From Candidatus Eiseniibacteriota bacterium (GTDB taxonomy: Bacteria; Eisenbacteria; RBG-16-71-46; CAVPCR01; CBDCWB01): a stretch of DNA of 64,000 nt. The translations under genes and the position numbers were made by a program. The stretch covers positions 898,724-962,723 of the forward strand of contig OZ244990.1 in the NCBI GenBank assembly GCA_965223205.1, given 5' to 3'. Shown here one piece after another: positions 28,910 to 37,020 of the stretch; position 1 is the first letter of the stretch, and the number at the start of each line of letters is the position of its first letter. The notes under the pieces are model-generated. The model was given only the letters and a program-made list of their open reading frames with translations. It ran no database searches and was not told where the DNA came from.

Positions 28910-29287
28910 CTCACCCCCTTGGCCGTGTGCGACCAGTATACAATTCACTCACCCAGGCTGCATCGAAGGGGAGGGCCACATGGCACGCCTACTTGACCGA
29001 GACGAGCGAGATGGAGTTCAAGCCTGTTCAATCTGCAGGAATGAGCGCAACCGCTCGAACGACACCGAAACGGTGTATTGGTTCGAGCCGTTCCATGAGC
29101 CGCCAAAATTGAGCACGAGGAAAGGTTTGAACTCCGCGGAAAACCCGGCTCCTACGAGAAGCGGCCGCGCCATCCCAAGGGGAGCCCATGGGAATCGGCG
29201 ACCGGCAAGGTCACTTGCGTGGGGTGCGGCGAGAAATGGACCGTGTTTGACCTTGAAACGGGCTTTGCGGTTGAAATCTAGGGGAAG

Positions 29288-29342
29288 GGGCCCACATGAG
29301 AATCATGCCGTGGCCGCAACGGCAATTCGCTCACGTGGGCCC
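29288..29342. promoter_or_regulatory. Near-perfect inverted repeat (13-bp arms, ~30-bp spacer) in a long leader region
   Basis: GGGCCCACATGAG ... CTCACGTGGGCCC. It lies ~235 bp upstream of the TolB-like gene in a ~670-bp intergenic stretch of reduced GC. Confidence 0.3.
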
Positions 29343-29575
29343 ACTCATCAAGCCTAGCATTGGAGTTTGAGCACCAAGCACCAAATCTTTGGTTAGTGAG
29401 TAGCCCTGTTCCTTCGCCAACAGGTGTCCGTTTTCCGACGGCTTGTCGATTCCCCAACGCAGAAACACAACCGCATACTAAGCTCAAAGCGGGCACAGAG
29501 TATGCAACATACGGGCCCCGGTGCAGCAGGGCCGGTCGAACTGAACCGGTGGAACGGAAGCCGGTGGAGTAGAGA

Positions 29576-30538
29576 ATGAAACGGTCCGTCCAGGCCTTGC
29601 TTTTCGTTTCGCTGCTGACCAGTCCGTTAACTGGATGCCATAGTGACGCCCCCACGACACCCGTCCCACCAACGCCAACAATCCGGTTTATCGCTGAAGA
29701 CGCGCCGGCGTGGTCCCCAGACGGCACCACCATTGCCTACCAACGAAAAGCGGCTGCCACGGACGGCCCCCCGGGGCTCTACCTCATCGACCAAGACGGT
29801 TCAAACAACCGGCTACTCATCGAAACTCCCACCGGCGCGCTTCTGGGATTTCAAGAGTTACGCTTCTCACCCAGTGGCACGGAGCTTGCCTTAACGTTTG
29901 AACTAGAAGTGGTGATTGTCGACCTGGAAACGGCGAGCTTGCGCACGCTCACGCAAACAGGAGGGAACGCGAGAAACCCCGACTGGTCACCGGACGGGAC
30001 TTCAATCGTCTACACGAGGCCGGCAAGCCGGGGGGCTGACGTTGACTCCTCGGGTGTCTACATCGTGGACGTAGCGACGGGAAACGAGCGGGCCCTGTTC
30101 TATGAGGGCACTCCCGTCTACGGGGGTGGTGCCAGGTGGTCGCCGCTTGGCGAGCCAATCGTGTTCTGGTCGGGGGACCGCACAGAGTCGTTGGACATTT
30201 TTGCGATTAGGTCTGACGGAACAGGGCTTCGCCGCCTTACCAACGCTGTGCGTCCCGTAACAGTGCAGTGGCCCCGCTGGATTGATGACGGCCAACGGAT
30301 TCTCTACCAGTGGGACCCAGGGGTTGTGGAGGGAAAGCGAACCCACGTGATGAATGCAGACGGGTCGGGACAGTCAACCTGGCCTGTGTTTTTCATCGGT
30401 GATGCCATCTCTCCTGATTCGAGATGGTTTGTCGACATCCGCGCCCGGGCCGATTCAATCGGTGTCCTCTTCGTGAGGCGAATCGATGACGAGGCGGGCA
30501 CAACACAGCGGGAGTTGACGAATTACACACCACCGTAG
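29576..30538 (+). CDS. TolB-like beta-propeller lipoprotein
   Basis: LTGC lipobox. Repeated PxWSPDGT / RWSPLGE WD40-like-beta-propeller motifs (AWSPDGTTIAY, PDWSPDGTSIVY). Confidence 0.7.
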   Translation: MKRSVQALLFVSLLTSPLTGCHSDAPTTPVPPTPTIRFIAEDAPAWSPDGTTIAYQRKAAATDGPPGLYLIDQDGSNNRLLIETPTGALLGFQELRFSPSGTELALTFELEVVIVDLETASLRTLTQTGGNARNPDWSPDGTSIVYTRPASRGADVDSSGVYIVDVATGNERALFYEGTPVYGGGARWSPLGEPIVFWSGDRTESLDIFAIRSDGTGLRRLTNAVRPVTVQWPRWIDDGQRILYQWDPGVVEGKRTHVMNADGSGQSTWPVFFIGDAISPDSRWFVDIRARADSIGVLFVRRIDDEAGTTQRELTNYTPP

Positions 30539-30580
30539 GAAGCGCCGCGAGACGGCGGAGGGCACTACTAAGGAGGTCCC

Positions 30581-32980
30581 ATGAGTTGCTCCAAGGCTTT
30601 GTCCGTCTATTTCCTCGCTGTCTTCCTACCTGGAATCTCCCAAGCAAGCGTGAGCCCCGAGGCGCTTGACTTTGGCCGCGTACCCGTTGGCTCCTGCGAA
30701 TACAGGACCTTGACGGTGCAAGGCGCAGTCGAAATTGAGCGTGTTCTGAGCGACACACAGCAACTCTCCCTGATGAACGAGCCTGTCGCTTCCGGCCCTG
30801 ACTTTGAAACGCACCTGCGTGTGCGCTTCTGTGCTGAATCACCTGGAACAAGCTCTGGTGCGCTTCGAATCGAAACTAGTGCTGGGACCCTTAACGTTCC
30901 CGCAATCGCGGTTGCCTACGAACACGACTACGCGCCAAAGGAGCTGATAGTCGAGTTCGAGCACCACGCCTCTGGGTTCTCACTCCCTTCTGCGGGACCA
31001 CTAGCCGAGTTTGGCCTCCCAGAGCCCCTAGCCGCAGCGCTCGAGAATGCCCGTGTAACAACACTCAAAAAAGTATTTCGGCAGTTTTCTGCACACGAGC
31101 TCCGGACCTCCAACGCGCTCGGCGAAGACGTGCTTCTTACTGATGTCTCAAGGTTCTACGTTGTCGAGCTCGATGAAGGCTCGAACGTCGTTTCGGCTTG
31201 CAGCGAGCTTCGAGATGCGCCCGGCGTTCGATACGTTGCCCCGAACTACCTCTACCAGTTCACTACAATTCCAAATGACCCGCTCTTTGTGAGGGATGCC
31301 GAGACCGGGAAGGGGGGCGAGTGGTGGCTCCACAACGACGGCACGCTCCCAGGGTCTGCGTTTGATACGGACATCAACGCGCCGGAAGCTTGGGAAATTC
31401 ACCGAGACGGGTCTGGGGGACTCGTTGCTGTGATTGACTCAGGGGCGGACCTAGACCACGAAGACCTCGTTGAGCGCTTGGAACCCGGCACCAATATAAC
31501 CGTGCCAGGCGCGTCTCCGGAGGATGACCTGGGCCACGGAACCGCGGTCTCGGGGGTGATAGCTGCCTCAGGAAACAACGGCACTGGAAGTGTTGGGGTG
31601 AGCTGGAATGCGCGCGTTCTCCCAGTAAAAGCCAACTTACCAGGCGGGTTTCCAACAAGCGAAAGCGTGGCTGCAGCCATCGATTTTTCGCGAACCGCTG
31701 AGGCTCACATTGCAAACATGAGCTTAGGTGGGCCAGAGGACTTAGGCGTTTTCACGGCAACGAGAAACGCCAGCCTTTCCGGCGTGCTCCAAGTTGCAGC
31801 CATGGGCAATGACAACGAAGATGACCTCGAAGTGTTTCCTGCGGCGCACCGATACACGGTCTTTGCAGTGGGTGCGCTGTGGCTAAACCGCGACCGGTGG
31901 GACGACTCGGAAATAACTACCAACTACGCTGAAGGCTCGAACACGGGAAGCTGGATTGACGTGACCGCACCCGGCGGCCGCGGAATCGTCTCCGCCAAGC
32001 GCGCTAATGATTACTTCGACCTCGACCCTGGACCCCCACTACCGGTTGATTTCTGGGATGGATTCGGAGGGACCTCAGCTGCTACGGCCGTTGTGAGCGG
32101 TGCCGCAGCACTCTTGAGAAGCTACCACCAGTCGCTTTCGAGCGATGACTTGGCAGAGATTCTCTCTCGTACAACGGTCGATATCACTCAGTACGGAGCC
32201 GGGCACGACCCCGAAACCGGTTTTGGGCTCATCCGCGCTGACGCCGCCCTGCGCTTTGTGAGCCCACCGCACCGAGCGGTCGAACAGCGCCAATTGGCGG
32301 CACTCGAAGCTGTCGAGACCGTTCAACAGAACCACACGTTCTTCGGCCACCCGGACATACCAGACGGAACGTACCCAACCACGCGCTACCGCCTCCGGGG
32401 CACGCACACGTTTGAAAGTGGCTTCGTCGGTACTCCTGACTCGTGGGTAAGAAACTCAGGCACGATTGGGTGGAGCGCCAAGAACCCATACGAATTCGTA
32501 GAAGACCCTCCGGCCTACGCAACGACCGTGAGCGTGAACAGCTCGAGCATCACCTGTGAGACGTTTGTCTATGAGGTTCGAGACATCGGAAGCGGGAGCC
32601 TCATCGGCTGGTTCCCGAGCACACCCGAGGAAGCGCGAATTGCTCTAACCGCAATCGGAAACACGTCCCCGGTTGCTGTTCTGAACCAAGCGGTCCCCGA
32701 ACGCCCGGTGCGCATTCTTGCAGCTCCGAACCCCGCACGTGGGCGAGCCCAGTTGTTACTCAACGTGTCAGCGCGCGCCCGTGGGCTCCTACAAATTTAC
32801 GACGCGACCGGGCGGCTTGTAGCGACGCTACTCGACGGGCAAATTGAGCAGGGGCAGCACCGGCTCTTGTGGAATGGCCAGAACTCGGCCGGACGAAGTG
32901 TTTCCCGCGGGGCGTACTTCTACCGCTTAAGCCTCAATGGGCGAGAAGTCGCTCGCGACAAGGTCATGCTGACCAGATAG
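30581..32980 (+). CDS. Secreted S8-family subtilisin-like serine peptidase with a C-terminal sorting domain
   Basis: AGGAGG Shine-Dalgarno. Signal peptide. Catalytic triad contexts VAVIDSGADLDHEDL (Asp), HGTAVSGVIAA (His) and GTSAATAVVSGAAALL (Ser). C-terminal ...LLQIYDATGRLVATLLDG...GAYFYRLSLNGREVARDKVMLTR. Confidence 0.85.
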   Translation: MSCSKALSVYFLAVFLPGISQASVSPEALDFGRVPVGSCEYRTLTVQGAVEIERVLSDTQQLSLMNEPVASGPDFETHLRVRFCAESPGTSSGALRIETSAGTLNVPAIAVAYEHDYAPKELIVEFEHHASGFSLPSAGPLAEFGLPEPLAAALENARVTTLKKVFRQFSAHELRTSNALGEDVLLTDVSRFYVVELDEGSNVVSACSELRDAPGVRYVAPNYLYQFTTIPNDPLFVRDAETGKGGEWWLHNDGTLPGSAFDTDINAPEAWEIHRDGSGGLVAVIDSGADLDHEDLVERLEPGTNITVPGASPEDDLGHGTAVSGVIAASGNNGTGSVGVSWNARVLPVKANLPGGFPTSESVAAAIDFSRTAEAHIANMSLGGPEDLGVFTATRNASLSGVLQVAAMGNDNEDDLEVFPAAHRYTVFAVGALWLNRDRWDDSEITTNYAEGSNTGSWIDVTAPGGRGIVSAKRANDYFDLDPGPPLPVDFWDGFGGTSAATAVVSGAAALLRSYHQSLSSDDLAEILSRTTVDITQYGAGHDPETGFGLIRADAALRFVSPPHRAVEQRQLAALEAVETVQQNHTFFGHPDIPDGTYPTTRYRLRGTHTFESGFVGTPDSWVRNSGTIGWSAKNPYEFVEDPPAYATTVSVNSSSITCETFVYEVRDIGSGSLIGWFPSTPEEARIALTAIGNTSPVAVLNQAVPERPVRILAAPNPARGRAQLLLNVSARARGLLQIYDATGRLVATLLDGQIEQGQHRLLWNGQNSAGRSVSRGAYFYRLSLNGREVARDKVMLTR

Positions 32981-33689
32981 GGGAGGCAACTGGCAGCCGG
33001 CGGGGAAGCAGCTTCCACGAGCGTGCGCCCTTGGCTCCTGGTCATGGCTCATCTGCGTGGGGGATTCCCGATGTTGGCCCAACGCTTAAGACAACTTGCC
33101 AACACCAAAAGACGCTTGGATTTGCTCAGGTGCAGCGCCGTTTCAAACAAGCCGACCGGCGCTTCGAGGAGGTAGACCGCCGTTTCGAGCAGGTGGACCA
33201 GCGCTTCCCGCAAGTGGACGCCAAGCGCCGAAAACATTGTGGTTACGAAGCGGCTTGTCGACGCTGGCGAGCACCTCTGTGTCAAGGTGCTCGACCACGT
33301 GATACTCGGCAGCGCCCAGGGTGGGGAGATGGGCGCTACCACTCCATGGCTGAGATGAACACGGTCCACTTCTAGGCCAGTTTGGGCCTTTGCACCGCTT
33401 CGCAGGGGGCCACCCACGCTTGGCTCAACCCAACAGGAAGACCAAGTAAACAAAAAAACGTGACACGGACCCTGTTCTCCCGACAAGCTCCAGCCGAAGC
33501 AAGAAAATCGAAGAACCCGGCCCTCCGTTACACCGCGGCAGGGTGGTAGGTCGCCGCTGATTTATGGAAAACCTCTTAGAGCCTATCGGTTTCGGGTTCC
33601 TTACTGGCCTCGGCGCGGCACGAGACCGTGTCGCAGACACCATTCCAGCAGTTTCCTGAATCGAACATCGGGGTCATTCAACCGCTCCG

Positions 33690-34950
33690 AAACGGCTTCC
33701 GCTACCTACATCGACGCACGAGGAGATCGAGGCGCTGACCTGGCGCATCGCGCGGCGGCTGACGCGGGTGATCGAGCGACTGTGCGCCGATGCGTTCGCG
33801 ACCGAGGAGCTCTTCGAGCGCACGGTGGCGTCATTGCGCCAGGCGTTGGCGCGCTCGGTGGAGGCGCCGCTACCGCAGGCGGGCCTGGGGCCCGAGGACG
33901 CTCGTCCCGAACCGCCTCAGACGCCCTTGTGCGCGAAGGTGGCGGGGTTCTCCTTGCACGCGGCGCGGCTGGTACCGGCAGATGACCGCGTGGCGCTCGA
34001 GCGGTTGTGTCGCTACGGACTACGCGCGCCGTTCGCTGTGTCGCGCTTCAGCCTGGCAGCCGATGGGCGCATCGTCTACCGCTTGCGCAAGCCGTGGCCG
34101 AAGCCCGGTGGAGCGAGGTGTCTGGTGCTCGAGCCCGGTGAGCTGCTCAAGCGGCTGGCGTCGCTGGTGCCGGCACCCTACAGCCACATGGTCCGTTATC
34201 ACGGCGTGTTCGCCAACCGTTCGCGCTGGCGCCCCCTGTTGCCCTCCCCGCCGGCGGTAGAGGATGGGGAGGTGGAGCAAGAGGTGGAGGCGCTGCCCAT
34301 CGCGTCGGGATCAGCGGAGGAGGAAGCCGACGTTGCCGGCGCGGCTTCCCCGCACCGCCGCCGGCCGCTGCGTTGGGCGCAGCTCCTCTTGCGGGTGTTC
34401 TTCGTCGACGCGCTGAGCTGCCCGCGCTGTACACCCGCGAGGGGGCGCCGGGTGCCGATGGTGGTGCTGGCGTTGATCACCGATCCGCCGGTGCTGCGGC
34501 GGATCCTCTCGCACCTCGAGCTGCCCGCCGATGGGCCGCCGCTGGCTCCGCGCTCGCCCGGGGGTGATCTGGGGCCGCTGTTCGAGCGCGGCGACTCTGG
34601 GGCGAGGTGGCCGGCCCGTCCTCCCCCCTGACCGAGGCGATCAGGGAGAGCGGGCGCGCGGTGCCGACAAACAGCGTTTCGATACGCCGCACGCTGCTCC
34701 CCTCGCTCCCTCATCTCGAGATCTCAAGTCAAACGATGGAAACGTCTCCGGCCCGTGAGGTCACTGAGCGCCGGTCACCGCATGCTCGCATGAGCCACTC
34801 GGCATCGTTTCGGCGGTGTCCGGATTCACTTCCCCGCCGCACGAGCGAGTCCTGGAGCCGCTCGACGCCGACAACGACCACTGTCGCCGACGATACGGTG
34901 GGCTGATACAATGGTGATCGGCTAAAACGCGGTTCGATTTTCCTATGCGC
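33690..34950 (+). mobile_element. IS91-like 3' partial copy (transposase C-terminal ~290 aa plus the ori end)
   Basis: ORF 33,768-34,631 matches transposase residues ~255-539. It ends GCGGTTCGATTTTCCTATGCGC at 34,950. The 5' breakpoint is close to those of the fragments at 11,806 and 16,612. Confidence 0.75.
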
Positions 34951-35366
34951 CTCCAGCACGCCCAGATCGTCAAGATGCAAGGGAAGAGCTACCGGATGCA
35001 CCAGCGCGCGCAGCGCGCCGGCGACAAGGCAGCATAGCGAGAGACCAGTGAGTTCACCGTCGACCACCGCAGATCAGCCCGAAATCAGGTTCACCGATGC
35101 CATGATTTCGTCGTTCACCCCACTTTCATTTGTCCCGTCCCAGTCGAGATGGAAAAAGGGTGATGGTCAGGGCATCTACGAGGCCATTGACTCGGAGCGC
35201 CAAGCCCCGCGGATGGTGTGGGTGCGCACCGACCATTTGGACGTCGCCCGATTCGATCCACCACGTCGAGCGTTGCCGCCGCGGGGCCGCGTCAAGGTTG
35301 CCGAGCTCCACCGAATAGGAAACTCGGTGCTTGATTCGAAGCACCAAATAGTGCATATTGATGCAT

Positions 35367-35564
35367 ATGAGAACGACACTAAACATCGACCAAAAGCTCC
35401 TCAAGCAGGCCGCAAAGCTTACTGGGGTTGACGAGAAAACTGCGCTTGTTCGCATGGGTCTGGAGGCTCTAATCGCACTCGAGAGCGCTCGCCGACTCGC
35501 CGCCCTTGGCGGCACCGAGAAGAAGCTCAAGCGCGCACCGCGCCGTCGATCGAGCGCTGCCTAG
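35367..35564 (+). CDS. vapB: Type II antitoxin of the VapB family (Rv0299-like, DUF2191-type)
   Basis: MRTTLNIDQKLLKQAAKLTGVDEKTALVRMGLEALIALESARRLAALGG is the canonical family pattern. It is immediately followed by a PIN gene. Confidence 0.7.
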   Translation: MRTTLNIDQKLLKQAAKLTGVDEKTALVRMGLEALIALESARRLAALGGTEKKLKRAPRRRSSAA

Positions 35565-35926
35565 TGGTCCTTGTCGACACGTCGGTCTGGGTCGAACACC
35601 TCAGACGGGGCAACGCAGCGCTCTCCGAACTGCTCAAAGAGGGAGTGGTCCTGTGTCACGCGTTTGTGGTCGGAGAGCTTGCATGCGGAACGCTCCGAAA
35701 CCGGGGCGAGATCCTCGGACTTCTAAGTGCTCTGCCGCGGGCGCGCATCGCCGCCGACCGGGAGGTGATGCTATTGCTCGAAGAGCGTCGCCTCTACGGA
35801 AAGGGATTGGGGTGGGTCGATGCGCACCTTCTTGCTTCCGCACTGCTCAACACTTGCGGGCTTTGGACGTTCGACAAAGCGCTGGACGCGTGCGCCCGCC
35901 GCGCGAAGATTGCCGTGAGCCACTAG
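35564..35926 (+). CDS. vapC: PIN-domain toxin VapC
   Basis: N-terminal LVDTSVWVEHLR with the acidic residues of a PIN nuclease. GTG start overlaps the vapB stop. Confidence 0.8.
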   Translation: MVLVDTSVWVEHLRRGNAALSELLKEGVVLCHAFVVGELACGTLRNRGEILGLLSALPRARIAADREVMLLLEERRLYGKGLGWVDAHLLASALLNTCGLWTFDKALDACARRAKIAVSH

Positions 35927-35974
35927 CATGACGCTGCCGCGCTGAGCTCCGGGCATCGCAAGGAAACTCACCGC

Positions 35975-36625
35975 GACCGGCCGTGCCGTTCGTTGATCCC
36001 CTGCAGTCGTCTCGCATTCCGTTGGCACTAAACATGATCCTGTCTCCGGGGCATGGCCGACTTGGCGCATCGAGCGGCGCCCGCCCTGGGGCTGCCGGCG
36101 CTCTCCTACGAGCGCGTTCCCGGTGCGGCCACCGCTGCGCTCCCCGAGCGTTACCGTCGCCGTCAGCCCGAGACGACCGCGCTCTACCGGGCGGTGCGCG
36201 AGCACCTCGATCGGTTTCTCGACGAGGCGCGGGAGCGCGACGGCGAGGGCTATCCCCATTTCATCGAGCGCGAGTTTCACCGCTACCTCGACTGCGGTCA
36301 GCTGGAGCGAGGGTTCGCGCGCCTGCGTTGCTCGGAGTGTGGCTTCGAGCGGCTGGTCGTCTTCTCGTGCAAGGGCAGGCTGTGCGCGAGCTGCATCGGC
36401 CGGCGCATGGCGGAGACCGCCGCCTATCTGGTGGACACATTGTTGCCCGAGGCGCCCTACCGTCAGTGGGTGCTGAGCTTCCCCTGGCGGCTGCGCTTCC
36501 GGCTGGCGGTCGACCGGCGCCTGTTCACGGCACTGATCGGCGCGTTCCTGCGCACGGTGTTCTCCTGGCAACGGCGGCGCGGTCGCGCACTGGGAATCGC
36601 AGCTGGCGAGAGCGGCGCGGTACTC
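35975..36625 (+). mobile_element. IS91-like 5' partial copy (ter-side end plus the transposase N-terminal ~190 aa), truncated
   Basis: Its 5' sequence is nearly identical to 25,886-26,533. ORF 36,053-36,658 is the N-terminal Zn-finger half and diverges after ...GIAAGESGAV. Confidence 0.7.
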
Positions 36626-36639
36626 TCAGCATGGAGCGC

Positions 36640-36828
36640 GGCGAGCAGGTGGCGGTGACTCTGCACGATGCTCAGGGGCGCCAGGTTGGTGTCATTCATG
36701 ATGGATGGCTCGACGGGCGCACGCACCAGTTCGATGTGGAAGTGCGCGGGCTGGCGAGCGGCGTGTACTTCGTCAAGGCGACTGGCGAGTCATTTGCAGC
36801 GAACGATCGGTTTACGCTTGTGCAGTGA
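36640..36828 (+). pseudogene. Orphan C-terminal sorting-domain tail fused to the truncated IS91 copy
   Basis: ...VAVTLHDAQGRQVGVIHDGWLDGRTHQFDVEVRGLASGVYFVKATGESFAANDRFTLVQ is the C-terminal-domain consensus, with no upstream gene body. Confidence 0.55.
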
Positions 36829-37020
36829 GCGGGGGCGGGGTGTCACAATTCTCGAATATCTGGAGCCTATGTCCTGATAATCAACAATATCCTGAGTGCT
36901 ACCTGTCGTACTGGCGTGCGGCGTTGTGCTCCAACATGCAGCGATTTTCCTCTTGGCGGCAATGGCTAAGTAGCTCGACCCCCGTCAGCCAGTAAACAGC
37001 CATCACGCCAGGAGGATCGC

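Noticed and set aside
32869-33375. 168-aa ORF overlapping the end of the S8 peptidase and running into the lower-GC spacer, with repeated RRFEQVD motifs
   Set aside because: It overlaps a strongly supported gene in another frame. The repeat-like peptide could be fortuitous, so I made no confident call.
35048-35431. 127-aa ORF between the IS91 ori end and vapB
   Set aside because: It has no Shine-Dalgarno or recognisable domain, overlaps the vapB start, and part of it reads through IS-adjacent sequence. I left it unannotated and only mention it as part of the ~1-kb inter-IS segment.
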